IMG/VR virus record: IMGVR_UViG_3300036781_000420
Span: 1-64,000 of that record
Reading direction: 5' to 3' (one strand)
From: a virus
DNA: 64,000 nucleotides
Below are positions 17,214-27,946 of this stretch, piece after piece. The stretch's first letter is position 1. Every line of letters begins with the position of its first letter. The notes below the pieces were generated by a model, which made no database searches, was not told where the DNA came from, and worked only from the letters and a program-made list of their open reading frames with translations. The position numbers and the translations under genes are program-made.

Positions 17214-19913
17214 ATGGCCGATATCGGCTATAATCAGGGCATCGCCGACGTGATGCCGCAGACGCAGGCGCCGGACGATTATCAGAACGTGCAATCCAAG
17301 GTCGGCGCCGCCGTTTCTGGATTCGGCGATGCCGCCGCCGATACCGCCAAGTTTTTCGGCACGGTAGCGGCGGACAATGCTTTCAATGAATATCAGGATG
17401 TCACCACCAAAATCCTGCGCGGCGATCCGAACAAGACCACCATCGGGCCGGATGGCCAGCCCGTGCAGGATACCGGCTATTATGGCTTGCAGGGGCGTGC
17501 CGCGCTCGATGCCCGGCCGCAGGTCCAACAGCAGCTCGATGACGCGCTCAAGGAGATAGAGGGCGGCTTGCGGACGCCGCAGCAGTTGGCGCAATTCGAA
17601 AGCTATTCGCGCCGCTACCGCGCCTCGACCTTCACCGACATCGGCAACCATGCCAACACCGAGGCGCAGGGCTGGTACAAGCAGGTTAACGGCATCTCGG
17701 CGCAAAACGCGATCGATGCGATTTCAAGCCAGCCGCTCGACACGGCAACGGTGCTCACCAGCGCCGCCGACCTGACCAACGCCTATACCAAGCAGGCGCA
17801 GATCGATGGAGCCACGCCCGGCGATCCGATCTGGCAGGAAGCGATATTGCGCGCCCGGCAGGATGCATTCAAGGCGCAGGTGAGGGGCGTCGGCGCGACC
17901 GACCCATCACGGGCCGTGAACATGCTGCAAAAGAGTCAGGCACTGGCCGGAACCGATTACCCGACGCTCTATTCGGACCTGAAGAATCGCGCCGACGCGC
18001 AGGACGCGCTATCGCTGGCCACAGGCGCAACAACCGGCGCCGTCGGCAAGGTCACGCAGGACTATGCCGCTTCTCTGGCCAACCCGGCTCAGCCGATCTA
18101 TCGCACCGCAGTGACGGAAATGCCCGGCGGCATGTCGCCGAATGCGCTGGCCCGCACCGTGCAGATCGAAAGCAATGGCCATGCCGACGTGGTGAACGCA
18201 TCGGGCCATACCGGGCTCGGCCAGTTCTCCGCCGCGACATGGAAATTGTTCGGCGCCGGCGGCGATCCGAAAAACCCAGACGATGCCATCCGAGCGATCC
18301 AGCGCTATGCGGTGGCCAATTCCAACTATCTGACGCCGCGACTTGGGCGCGAGCCGACCGACGCCGAACTGTACCTCGCGCACCAGCAGGGCCCACGCGG
18401 CGCCGCGCTGCTGCTGACGCATCCCGACGCGTCGGCGGTATCGCTGCTCGGCCGCGACGCGGTGATCCGCAATCACGGCACCGCCAGCATGACGGCTGCG
18501 CAGTACGCGGCGATGTGGACGCGCCGGTTCAACGCCGCAACGCCCGGCAATATCGTCACCGGTACCGATCCGGTAGCGCCGCGCCAGTCGTTCGCACCGA
18601 CAACGGTTGCCGGTGGCCCCGCCGGACCGCAGAGCGTGCCCGCTGGCGGCATTCCCGCTTCGCCGGATGATGTTGGCCGGCCGGCTGCGCCGGTGCCGCT
18701 GGCGCCCCTCCCGAGCGGCAATGACAGGGGCTCGGCGTCGGCCAGCCCGGATGGCGTGCCGAACGTGGCCCCGGCCAGCGCGCCGCCGCTATCCAGCAAG
18801 GCGGCGGCGTTTCAGGCCATCGCCGCTTCCGATGCCTCCCCGGAAGTGAAACAGCGGGCCTACGCACTGGCCAGCCAGCAGCTCGCAACCCAAGCCGCGA
18901 TGGATGACGCGACGGCGGCGCAGCGCAGGCAGTTGAACGATCAGGCCGCCAATGGCTACATGACGCAAATCCTGAAACCGGGCGCCGATATCAGCGGCCT
19001 CATGGGCCAGGTCGCCGAGGACCAAAGTCTCGATTGGCAGACCAAGCAATCGCTATCGAGCGCGATCATTTCGCATGCCGGCGAGAGCGTCAGCGCGGCG
19101 AGCGCGGTATATGGCCCCGGCTTTTTTTCGCTTTATCAGCAGGTGACGGCCGGCAGCGACAGCCCATCGCGCGTCTCGGATGTCGGCACCATCCTGCGTC
19201 GCGCCGGGCAGGGCGGCGACCTGACGCTGGTCGGCGCGCAAAAGCTGATTGACGTTCTCGGCCAGATGAAGCGCAGCCCCGACGACGCGGCGATCAATAC
19301 CACCAAGACATCGCTGCTGGCTTATGCCAAGTCGAAGATATCGGCCGATACCACGGGCATGCCGCTGGTCCCGGGCATGGCGATGCTGCACGACGCGCAG
19401 GGCGAAATGCTGTTCAACTCGCGGTTCGTGCCGAAATTCGAGGCCGCCTACGATAAGTGGGTGGGGGCAGGCAAGAACCCGTGGGAATTTCTCACGCAAG
19501 AAAACGTGGACAAGTTGGCGACAGGGGTTCGCTCTCCGCACGAAATGGCGATGGCGAAGCTGATGGCGCAACAGACCGGGATCGACGCCTCGCAATTGCA
19601 GGCGCCGCCGGCACCGGCCGGAATAGACGAGGATTCGTGGCACGTCGTGGTGAACCTGCCGCCAATCATAGCCGCCGGCAAGCCGATATCGATGGATGGG
19701 TGGAGCAAGGCATTGCAATTGCTGGTCGCGCAACCGACGCGAACGCAGGTCGACCACCTCAACCGCGCCATGGGGCCGGATGCCGCGTTCGATGCGCAAT
19801 CGATCCTCGATGCCCTAGGCGTGCCCATCCGCGATCCTGCCTCGCCAGATGATCGTCAAAACATCCTGCTGCCGCTGACCGGCGCGGCGGCAAATGTGGA
19901 GCACGCGCCCTGA
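17214..19913 (+). CDS. internal virion / ejection protein with lytic transglycosylase (SLT) domain
   Basis: VQIESNGHADVVNASGHTGLGQFSAATW...AIRAIQRY at about 18150-18330 is an SLT catalytic-Glu motif. The protein is 899 aa and sits at the T7 gp15/16 position. Confidence 0.8.
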   Translation: MADIGYNQGIADVMPQTQAPDDYQNVQSKVGAAVSGFGDAAADTAKFFGTVAADNAFNEYQDVTTKILRGDPNKTTIGPDGQPVQDTGYYGLQGRAALDARPQVQQQLDDALKEIEGGLRTPQQLAQFESYSRRYRASTFTDIGNHANTEAQGWYKQVNGISAQNAIDAISSQPLDTATVLTSAADLTNAYTKQAQIDGATPGDPIWQEAILRARQDAFKAQVRGVGATDPSRAVNMLQKSQALAGTDYPTLYSDLKNRADAQDALSLATGATTGAVGKVTQDYAASLANPAQPIYRTAVTEMPGGMSPNALARTVQIESNGHADVVNASGHTGLGQFSAATWKLFGAGGDPKNPDDAIRAIQRYAVANSNYLTPRLGREPTDAELYLAHQQGPRGAALLLTHPDASAVSLLGRDAVIRNHGTASMTAAQYAAMWTRRFNAATPGNIVTGTDPVAPRQSFAPTTVAGGPAGPQSVPAGGIPASPDDVGRPAAPVPLAPLPSGNDRGSASASPDGVPNVAPASAPPLSSKAAAFQAIAASDASPEVKQRAYALASQQLATQAAMDDATAAQRRQLNDQAANGYMTQILKPGADISGLMGQVAEDQSLDWQTKQSLSSAIISHAGESVSAASAVYGPGFFSLYQQVTAGSDSPSRVSDVGTILRRAGQGGDLTLVGAQKLIDVLGQMKRSPDDAAINTTKTSLLAYAKSKISADTTGMPLVPGMAMLHDAQGEMLFNSRFVPKFEAAYDKWVGAGKNPWEFLTQENVDKLATGVRSPHEMAMAKLMAQQTGIDASQLQAPPAPAGIDEDSWHVVVNLPPIIAAGKPISMDGWSKALQLLVAQPTRTQVDHLNRAMGPDAAFDAQSILDALGVPIRDPASPDDRQNILLPLTGAAANVEHAP

Positions 19914-22900
19914 TGGCCGACGCCAACAATCCGTTCGAGGCGATCTTCAACGATGACGCCAACGGCACTCCGGGCAGCGCGATAACGGCGCCGTTCATTT
20001 CGTCGCAACCGAGCGCACCGGCGCCCAGCGCGGCGCCGACCGAACCGCCGGGCGCCAATCCGTTCGAGACGATCTTTGCCGCCGACGAATCGGCGCAGGA
20101 GGCGCAGGCCGAAAGCGGCCCATCGCCCGGCGCCGGCTTTCGCTCCACCGAACGCGTCGTAATACCGGCAATGGTCGGCATGGCCGCCGCTGGAGCCGGC
20201 GCCGAGACGGGGGGGTCAATCGGCGCTGCGGCCGGCGCGCTCTTCGGCGGTATCGGCGCCGTGCCGGGCGGCATCGTCGGCAGCATCATCGGCGCTGTGG
20301 TCGGCGGCGTTGCTGGCTCGGTGGTGACGGACAAGGCGCAGGAATTCGCCGCCAGCCCATTGCCCGACAGTTGGAAAGACGTGCTCGGCGGTACTGAAGA
20401 ACAGCAGCAGCGCGATATCAAATACCATCCGACCGAGACGTTTATCGGCGGCATGGTGCCTTATATGCTGACCATGCGACCCGGCGGGTTCGGTGCATCG
20501 TCATTGCCACAAAACGCCACGTCACTGCAAAAAATCGCCAGCAGCCCCGTTACCTCGCACCTTTTCGGCGGCGCGGTAATGGGCGGCATGGAACTGGGCA
20601 ATCAGGTCGCCGCAGGACAGGCGCCCGATTGGCGCAATGTCGCAATCGCCACCGGCGTCGGCGTCATCTTCAACAAGCCGAATCGGGTCGGGCAGCGGCT
20701 TAATAATATCGGTGAAGCCGCTGCAGCGCGGGTGGGCGCGCGGATCAATTTCGGCGAGCCCCGGACGACACCAGACAACGCTGCGGCTCCCGCCGCCGAA
20801 GCCGCTTCCGATATCACCGTGGCGCAAGCCGGCGATGCCAATGTCATGGGGCCCGGTATCACCGAGGATGTGTTCATGGGAAGCCATGAGCCATCGCCCG
20901 AAGCCGCGATGAATAATAGGAACGCGGCGCGCAACGAGACGGCGGTACTCGCTCCCCAAGCGGATGCCGTTGCGGATGTGCACGCCACCGCCCGCCGGCT
21001 GGAACCGGAGACCTTTGCCGAGTACGACGCACTCGATCAGCAGCGAACCGACCTTCGGACCCATATCGCGCAACTCGCGAACCCGGTCGACGAGGATATT
21101 GCGGCGGCGACGGCGCGACGCGATGCCGCACAAGCGCAACTCGACGAACATCTTGCGGCCAGAGGCGGCTATGCGGCTGGCCCGGCGGCGCGACGGCTGC
21201 GGGCGCAGGTTCGTGACGCGCAGGGCGATGTCGACGACATGACGCAGCGGCGCGAGCAGTTCGATGCCGGACAGGGGCGAGATACGCCCGAAATGACGGC
21301 GCTGCGCGAACAACTCATGGCGACCGATATTGCCATGCGCGATCTGGCGCCGCAGGTATCGTCCGCCTACCGCCGCGCCGCCGAGCATGGCGGCTCCGAA
21401 ATCATCGAGCCGGAAGCTCCGGCCACCGCGCCTGCGCAGCCGGCCCCGCCTGACGAGGTTCGCACCCCGGGCGAACAAGAGCCCACCCCGGGGGGCCCCG
21501 TCACCGCGTCTGTCGAAGAACAGGGCGCCGAGATTGCCCAGGATGTGGCTCGGCAGTTGATCGCGGCCGGCCGCTCACCCGCAGAGGCCGAGGCATCCGG
21601 GCAATTGATCGCCTCGCATTATCGCACCCGCGCCGCTCGCTTCGGCGGAGCGCTGGGCACACCGCTGGAATTGTATCGGGCCCAGGCCCCCGCCATTCGC
21701 GGTGTCGGCGCTGCCGCCCGCGCCATAGAGCCGGCGCAGACCGAGGGATTGCCCCGCACCCTTGTCCCGGACGAACCGTCGGAAAATCAAACGGAATTGT
21801 TTCAGCGCCAGATCGGGCCGGTTCCTGCGGAGAGGAAGGCCGCTCACCTCGCCGCCGCGAAGGATTTCGAAGACAAGCTCCGGGCTGAATTCGGCGATGA
21901 TTTTACCATCGAGACCGAGCAGGCCAGCGGCGGCAGCACCTATGTGACGGTGCGCCAGCGCTTGAAGAACAAGAATGGATCATACAAGAAAGCCCGTGGC
22001 GAGGCGCCGGTAGGGCGGACCGGTTTCAAACTGCGGATCGCCGACCATGGGTCGTATTACGGCTCAACGATTTCCGTTGATCCCGCCAGCGGCAATTCCA
22101 TCGAACAGGCATTGGCGCTGTTCAGATATGTGGCGAAACGCAGCGATGAAGCGCCCGCGTTCAACGTGTCCAACATCGACCCAGGCAGCGGCGAAACGAA
22201 GATAGCTCCAGCTACCTACGAACGCGATTCGGAGACAAACCCGATAAAATATCGGCGGGATGATTTGCGGCCGGTCCCTGAGCGCACGCTCTATCAGCCA
22301 GCCTATCACGGCTCGCCGCACATCTTCGACAGGTTCTCGACGGAGAAAATCGGGACTGGCGAAGGCGCGCAAGCCTACGGGCATGGGCTGTACTTCGCGG
22401 GCAAGAAACAGGTTGCGGATTGGTATCGCGAGCAACTGGCTGGCAGGCAACAAGTAAAGTTCGACGGGAAATACCTGCGTGAATTGTCGCAAGATCACAT
22501 TCTGGACCTTGCTCGCCGAGCAGGCGTCGAGAACGCATCTGCGAGCGATGTGCGCGACGTTCTGGCTGTCGCTCGGGACTCTGTTCTGGGATCAGACGAT
22601 GCGCGATCCGACCTTCGAGAATACGCCAAGATAGAGCGGCTTAATGCCTCTGAAGCCTCTGATGAGTCTATCAAACTCGATCACGCCCGACACGCGAACA
22701 TTGCGGAGGCATTTGCGGCAAGTGATTTGATCAAGAACGAAAAGCCCGGTCGCCTCTACCACGTCGACGTCCCCGAGCCCCACGAGCTTATGGATTGGGA
22801 CAAGCCGCTAAGCGAGCAGCCCGAAGGTGTGCGCGAAAAGCTGGCCAAAGCAGGTGAGTTTGCCGACAAGCCGCTACTTCCAACGGATACCGGCGCACAG

Positions 22901-25900
22901 ATTTACAACAAGATGGGAAGCCCACAGCAGGCGTCAGAGGCCCTTAAATGGGCTGGCATCCCCGGCCACCAGTACATCGGCCACGAGAGCCAATCGACCA
23001 ACTACGTCATCTACGACGACAGCCGCGTGCCGATCACCAACTACGAGCAAGGCAAGCGCGGCTCGATCACTTTCGCCGCCGGCAGGAAGCCGATCATCAA
23101 ACTGTTCGCGGATGCCAACGCCTCGACGTTCATTCATGAGACCGGGCACCAGTGGCTGGAAGAAATGCTGCGCGACGCCTCCCATGCGGCGGCCCCCGAT
23201 GCGGTGAAGGCCGATACCGCGACGGTGCGCAAATGGCTCGGCATGACCGAAGACCAAGCCTCTCCTGTAACGCGGCAGCACGAAAAATTCGCACGCGGCT
23301 TCGAGCAGTACATGCGCGAAGGGGTCGCCCCATCGGCTGGTCTCGCGCGGGTATTCGCCCAATTCAAGTCGTGGCTGTCCTCGATTTATGCGAGCATCAA
23401 GGGGCTCGGCACGCCGATCAATGAGGACATCCGGAGCGTGTTCGACCGGCTTATCGCCGAGGAGCCGAGCCGGACAGTGGTGGCGCCGGAACGGGCCACC
23501 CCGGAAAGCCCCGTCGACATCCATGAGCGCGAAGCCGCGACCGTCGAGCCGCATGAGGCGGAGCCGGCCATGGACCGCATCATCGCCGAGCGCGATCGAT
23601 ATCTCGCCGAACAACCCCCGGAGGTACTGAATGAAATCACCGCAGCAGAAACCGAGCAGCAGGCAGCAGATGCAGCCGCCGCCGCCGACGCTGGAACAGA
23701 AGGTGGCGCAAGCGAACCTGGACCGGCAGAAGTGGGTGCGGCTGGCGGCGAACCCGGGGTTGAGCCCGCAGGCGGCGCGGGTGGCGGCGAACATGGCGAG
23801 GTCGTCGGCGGCGGCAACGAAGCTAGGCCAGCGGGCCCAGGCTTGGCAGGAGAACGCGGACCAGCAGATGCCGGATTACGGGGCGAGCGATCCGAACCTG
23901 CTGGCGCTGCTCGGGCTAACCCCCTCAATCCCTCCCCCTCGGCCCTCCTTGGAGCAGCCGAGTCTCCTTTTCTCGACAAGGCCGGGAATATCCGAGTCGA
24001 AAACCTCACCACCAGCGCCGAAGTAGCTCAGGCTATCCATGATGCCGCCGATACCAACAACGGCTTCATTGACCAGCGTCGCGAACTCACCGACGGCGAG
24101 GTGCTGGACCTGGCCGACGCTCTCGGCATGGACGTGGCGCAGTTGAGCAAACGAAAACTTGGGGAAGCGTTCAACGCCGAACAAATCGTTGCGGCGCGCA
24201 AACTGCTCATCCAGTCGGCGACGCGCGTTTCCGAACTGATGAAAGCGGCGGCAATTGGATCCGATCAGGACGTGCTCGCCTACGCCGAGGCGCGAGACCG
24301 ACACGTAATGATACAGGGGCAGGTGGCCGGGATCACCGCCGAAGCCGGACGCGCATTGCGGGCGTTCCGCTCTCTTGCTGGGCAGGAAACGGCGACAGTC
24401 ATTGACCAGTTCCTGCGCACCGCAACTGGCAAGACGCTGTTCCAGCTCAGGGAGGAGGCCAAGCTTGGGGCCAAGCTCGACACCCCCGCCAAGGTATCCA
24501 AGATGCTTCGCGATGCGCAGAAGCGCGATTTCGGCCGGATGATCCTCGAATACTGGATCAACGGGCTGGTGTCGGGCCCGCGCACGCAAGTGACGAACGC
24601 TATCGGCAACACGCTGATGTCGTTGCAGTCGGCCGGGCCCGAAACGGCAATGGCGGCACTGATCGGCAAGGTGCGTAGCGCCGCCGGCCGCGAAGGCACG
24701 CGGGTCCGTATGGGGGAGGTCGGCGCTCAATTGCGAGCCGCCGGCCAATCCCTGCCCGTGGCTACCAAGGCGGCGCTGGACGCCATCCGAACCGGCAGAG
24801 GTATCGCGCTCCCCGGCGAAGAAATCTCGGCGCTGCCTTACCAGCCCGGCTCCGAACTGGCCCATACCGCATTTCTCGACGAAACGATGACCGCCGACCG
24901 CATCATGCCGGAACTGTTTGGTACGGTACGCGGTCTAACCGACGGGCTGGTGGCCATCGGCAAACTGGCGGCAGGCGGGGGCGATGCGCAGGCGCCGCTG
25001 CTGCACCTCAGATTCTCGCCGCTCGGCGCCATTCCTGATATCGCAATACGTGGCACGACGGTGGTCCCGCTCGGAACCACGCTCCGGGCGCCGACGCGCA
25101 TGCTGGCCGCAGGCGACAGCTTTTTTCGTGCCGCCAATTATTCGATGGCCAAGGCGCGGATATCGTACCGTCAGGCGGCAGAGGAGGGATTAACCGGCAC
25201 TGACCTGCACGCCCGCATCGGCGATCTCTACCAGAACCCCAGTTCCGAAATGATGGAGCTATCTCGCTCCAACGCCAGCGAGTTGACCTTCATGGCCAAT
25301 CGTAGCGAATTCGTTACGACACTCGGTCGGCTGTCGAACCTCAACATCATCGGTCTGCCACTGCTGAAATTCATCGCCCCGTTCATCAACACGCCGTCCA
25401 ATATCATCGAGCAGGCAGCGATGCACCGTACGCCCTTCGGCCTGGTTTCTCCGGAAATTCGGGCCGATCTCGCCGGCAAGAACGGCAATATCGCGCAGGA
25501 CACGGCAACCGCCAAGATGCTGCTGGGCAGCGCGTACGCCATCAGCTTCGGCGGCTTGGCGGCGCGTGGCCTGCTCAGCGGCTCCGGGCCGGCTGACCCG
25601 GAGCAGACGGCGCTATGGATGCTCGCCGGCAACCAGCCGCACAGCGCCCGCATCGGCGATATGTGGTACGACCTGCGCGCCCTTGGGCCGGTCGGCATGC
25701 TGGCCGGCATATCCGCCGATATGCTCGATGTCGCGCATGCCGCCGAGACCGGCGATGTCGCGGCAGCGGGCGCGGCGGTGCTGCACGCCTTCATGCAGAA
25801 CATTTTCGATGCCAGCTTCATGACCGGGCCGGCCGATCTTATCCAGGCGCTGGAAGACCACGGGCGCTACGGTCAGCCTTACCTGCGCAATTTCGCCGCT

Positions 25901-26440
25901 TCGTTCGTGCCGTTCTCTGGGCTCATGGGGCAGGCGACGCGCTCCACCGACCCCTATACGCGGCAGGCGCGCACGGTCATCGACACGATCAAGCAGAAAA
26001 TCCCCGGTCTGTCGGAAACCCTGATGCCGCGCCGCGATGTATGGGGCAACGAAATCCCGGCAGGGACGGCGCTGGGGCCATCGTTCCTTTCGGCGATCTA
26101 TACGCAGCAGGTGAGCCATGATCCGGTCAACCAGGCGCTGCTGAGCGCCGGCTATTGGCCCGGGCCGCCGGACAGGAAGATTCGCGGCGTGCTGCTCACC
26201 GATGAACAGTACGACCAATATTCGCAATATGCCGGTCGCATGGCCAAGTCGCGTCTCGATACGATGGTGCGTTCTCCGGCATGGGCCTCGTGGCCACCGG
26301 AGGTGCGGCACGAAGTGGTCAAGGAAACCTTCGCGCAATCGCGTGAGACGGCACGCGGCGCCATTATGGCGAAATGGCCCGACATCGTGGTAAAGGCGGT
26401 GCAGCAGAAGCTGGCGCCGCTCAAGGGGGCAAGCGAATGA
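19913..26440 (+). CDS. giant polyvalent internal virion / ejection protein (2175 aa)
   Basis: The start is ATGA-coupled. It has a glycine-zipper hydrophobic block (GGSIGAAAGALFGGIGAVPGGIVGSIIGAVVGGVAGSVV). It has a PARP-like YHGSPH...GHGLYFAG...NYVIYDD motif set (22304-23020) and HETGH (23135-23149). The C-terminal half is long and helical. Confidence 0.8.
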   Translation: MADANNPFEAIFNDDANGTPGSAITAPFISSQPSAPAPSAAPTEPPGANPFETIFAADESAQEAQAESGPSPGAGFRSTERVVIPAMVGMAAAGAGAETGGSIGAAAGALFGGIGAVPGGIVGSIIGAVVGGVAGSVVTDKAQEFAASPLPDSWKDVLGGTEEQQQRDIKYHPTETFIGGMVPYMLTMRPGGFGASSLPQNATSLQKIASSPVTSHLFGGAVMGGMELGNQVAAGQAPDWRNVAIATGVGVIFNKPNRVGQRLNNIGEAAAARVGARINFGEPRTTPDNAAAPAAEAASDITVAQAGDANVMGPGITEDVFMGSHEPSPEAAMNNRNAARNETAVLAPQADAVADVHATARRLEPETFAEYDALDQQRTDLRTHIAQLANPVDEDIAAATARRDAAQAQLDEHLAARGGYAAGPAARRLRAQVRDAQGDVDDMTQRREQFDAGQGRDTPEMTALREQLMATDIAMRDLAPQVSSAYRRAAEHGGSEIIEPEAPATAPAQPAPPDEVRTPGEQEPTPGGPVTASVEEQGAEIAQDVARQLIAAGRSPAEAEASGQLIASHYRTRAARFGGALGTPLELYRAQAPAIRGVGAAARAIEPAQTEGLPRTLVPDEPSENQTELFQRQIGPVPAERKAAHLAAAKDFEDKLRAEFGDDFTIETEQASGGSTYVTVRQRLKNKNGSYKKARGEAPVGRTGFKLRIADHGSYYGSTISVDPASGNSIEQALALFRYVAKRSDEAPAFNVSNIDPGSGETKIAPATYERDSETNPIKYRRDDLRPVPERTLYQPAYHGSPHIFDRFSTEKIGTGEGAQAYGHGLYFAGKKQVADWYREQLAGRQQVKFDGKYLRELSQDHILDLARRAGVENASASDVRDVLAVARDSVLGSDDARSDLREYAKIERLNASEASDESIKLDHARHANIAEAFAASDLIKNEKPGRLYHVDVPEPHELMDWDKPLSEQPEGVREKLAKAGEFADKPLLPTDTGAQIYNKMGSPQQASEALKWAGIPGHQYIGHESQSTNYVIYDDSRVPITNYEQGKRGSITFAAGRKPIIKLFADANASTFIHETGHQWLEEMLRDASHAAAPDAVKADTATVRKWLGMTEDQASPVTRQHEKFARGFEQYMREGVAPSAGLARVFAQFKSWLSSIYASIKGLGTPINEDIRSVFDRLIAEEPSRTVVAPERATPESPVDIHEREAATVEPHEAEPAMDRIIAERDRYLAEQPPEVLNEITAAETEQQAADAAAAADAGTEGGASEPGPAEVGAAGGEPGVEPAGGAGGGEHGEVVGGGNEARPAGPGLAGERGPADAGLRGERSEPAGAARANPLNPSPSALLGAAESPFLDKAGNIRVENLTTSAEVAQAIHDAADTNNGFIDQRRELTDGEVLDLADALGMDVAQLSKRKLGEAFNAEQIVAARKLLIQSATRVSELMKAAAIGSDQDVLAYAEARDRHVMIQGQVAGITAEAGRALRAFRSLAGQETATVIDQFLRTATGKTLFQLREEAKLGAKLDTPAKVSKMLRDAQKRDFGRMILEYWINGLVSGPRTQVTNAIGNTLMSLQSAGPETAMAALIGKVRSAAGREGTRVRMGEVGAQLRAAGQSLPVATKAALDAIRTGRGIALPGEEISALPYQPGSELAHTAFLDETMTADRIMPELFGTVRGLTDGLVAIGKLAAGGGDAQAPLLHLRFSPLGAIPDIAIRGTTVVPLGTTLRAPTRMLAAGDSFFRAANYSMAKARISYRQAAEEGLTGTDLHARIGDLYQNPSSEMMELSRSNASELTFMANRSEFVTTLGRLSNLNIIGLPLLKFIAPFINTPSNIIEQAAMHRTPFGLVSPEIRADLAGKNGNIAQDTATAKMLLGSAYAISFGGLAARGLLSGSGPADPEQTALWMLAGNQPHSARIGDMWYDLRALGPVGMLAGISADMLDVAHAAETGDVAAAGAAVLHAFMQNIFDASFMTGPADLIQALEDHGRYGQPYLRNFAASFVPFSGLMGQATRSTDPYTRQARTVIDTIKQKIPGLSETLMPRRDVWGNEIPAGTALGPSFLSAIYTQQVSHDPVNQALLSAGYWPGPPDRKIRGVLLTDEQYDQYSQYAGRMAKSRLDTMVRSPAWASWPPEVRHEVVKETFAQSRETARGAIMAKWPDIVVKAVQQKLAPLKGASE

Positions 26441-27255
26441 TCATGGCATCCGTACCGGCAAGCGTCCGGCCGCTTCTCGATCTGATCCGCTCCGCCGAGG
26501 CTGGCCCCACCGACCAGTACAACGTGATCTTCGCCCACCACGAGCGCACCATAGCCAAGAAAATCACCGCCATGACGCTCGCCGAATTGCAGGCCAATCA
26601 GGCGCTGTGGGCAAAGCAGTGGCCGAGTACCGCAGCCGGCGGCTACCAGATCATCCAAAGCACGCTCAAGGGCCTGATGAGCAAGACCGAGATCGCGGGC
26701 TCGGCGCTGTTCACCCCGGCGCTGCAAGACGCGCTCGCCTTTCAACTGCTGCTCGGTCGCGGCTGGGCGAATTTCATCGCGGGCACTTTGTCGACCATCG
26801 ATTTCGGCAAGGCGCTCGCGCAGGAATGGGCCTCGTTCCCGGTCCTGTCGGCCACGAAGGGCGCCCACGGCTCTGTCGCTCGCGGCGTGAGCTATTACGC
26901 AGGCGATTCGCTCAATGCCGCACAACTGGCGCCGGAGCGCGTCGAAGCGGTATTGAAGCAATGTCGAATTCCAGCCACAGTCCCGCCGTCGACGCCGGCC
27001 CCGCCGGTTTCGCCCCCGTCAACCCTGAAGGACATTCAGATGAACCTCTCCCTGCTGACACTGCTGATTTCCTACCTGCCGCTGCTGCCCTATTTGCAGG
27101 CCGATGTGATGACCGAAGTGAAGGTGCTCACCGGCAGTTCCGACGGCGAGGCCAAGGCTCGCCAGACCTTGGCCGTGCTCAAGGATGTGATCGCCCAGAT
27201 CGAGGCGGTTCTTGACGACAAGGCGATCCCGCCGGCCACCGCGCCCGGCGCCTGA
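26437..27255 (+). CDS. lambda-R-type lytic transglycosylase endolysin (GH104-like) with a C-terminal hydrophobic extension
   Basis: LLDLIRSAEAG..YNVIF...STAAGGYQIIQSTL...FTPALQDALAFQLL...EWASFP parallels lambda R FLDMLAWSEGT..YDVIVGG...GAGRYQLLSRWW...SPKSQDAVALQQI...IWASLP. ATGA at 26437. Confidence 0.75.
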   Translation: MIMASVPASVRPLLDLIRSAEAGPTDQYNVIFAHHERTIAKKITAMTLAELQANQALWAKQWPSTAAGGYQIIQSTLKGLMSKTEIAGSALFTPALQDALAFQLLLGRGWANFIAGTLSTIDFGKALAQEWASFPVLSATKGAHGSVARGVSYYAGDSLNAAQLAPERVEAVLKQCRIPATVPPSTPAPPVSPPSTLKDIQMNLSLLTLLISYLPLLPYLQADVMTEVKVLTGSSDGEAKARQTLAVLKDVIAQIEAVLDDKAIPPATAPGA

Positions 27256-27325
27256 CGGGATTGATCGTTCCGGGTCGGGGCATACCGCTCCGGCCTCGTT
27301 TCCTGCGGTGGGGGCCGCAACGCAA

Positions 27326-27589
27326 ATGGCCATCGACTGGGTTCGAATTCAGCGGTTCTCCAAGGCGCTCGCCGCCGGCCTGAGCGCCGCTGTCGCCACC
27401 ACCAGCAGCACCGCCATCGTCTACGTCGCAGTGCCTGCCACGGCGGGCCTGCCCGGCTGGCTATGGGCGGCCATTCCCCTGATCAATGCGGCGATCGGGT
27501 TCGTGCTCGGATTTTCCGGCACTTACGCGGCGCCGCCGAACCTGCATCCTGTTTCTCCTACTACCCCTCCCTCGACCACAACCCCATAA
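27326..27589 (+). CDS. holin-like small membrane protein
   Basis: ATG 27326 lies in listed ORF 27212..27589. It has two hydrophobic segments (LAAGLSAAVATTSSTAIVYVAV and LWAAIPLINAAIGFVLGF) and sits downstream of the endolysin. Confidence 0.45.
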   Translation: MAIDWVRIQRFSKALAAGLSAAVATTSSTAIVYVAVPATAGLPGWLWAAIPLINAAIGFVLGFSGTYAAPPNLHPVSPTTPPSTTTP

Positions 27590-27601
27590 GGACTATCTCT
27601 C

Positions 27602-27946
27602 ATGGCCGATATTTCGACCTCCGTTGCCGCCGGCGTTCAGGCTTACGCCGCCGCCGAAGCCGCGCTGCTGACGGCGCATGACGCGCTGCTGAAACTGCCG
27701 GCCGTCTATGCCGACATTGCCGCCGCGCGGCCGGCCGTCACCGGCGACGTGAAGCCCTTCAGCTTTTTCGAAGGCCAGCAATATGGCTCTTATGCCCGGC
27801 AACTCGCCGCCAGCGTCAATTCGGTCTATTCGGAGGTGATCGAGCGGCACCAGGCCGATACCGAACGCGCCAAGGAGCTGGGCATCGACCTGCCGCCCCC
27901 GCCCGCGCCGGCCGGCACCGTGCATCCCGATGGCGGCGGCAGGTGA
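27602..27946 (+). CDS. hypothetical protein
   Basis: 114-aa ORF. It is ATGA/GTGA-coupled to the next gene. Confidence 0.5.
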   Translation: MADISTSVAAGVQAYAAAEAALLTAHDALLKLPAVYADIAAARPAVTGDVKPFSFFEGQQYGSYARQLAASVNSVYSEVIERHQADTERAKELGIDLPPPPAPAGTVHPDGGGR

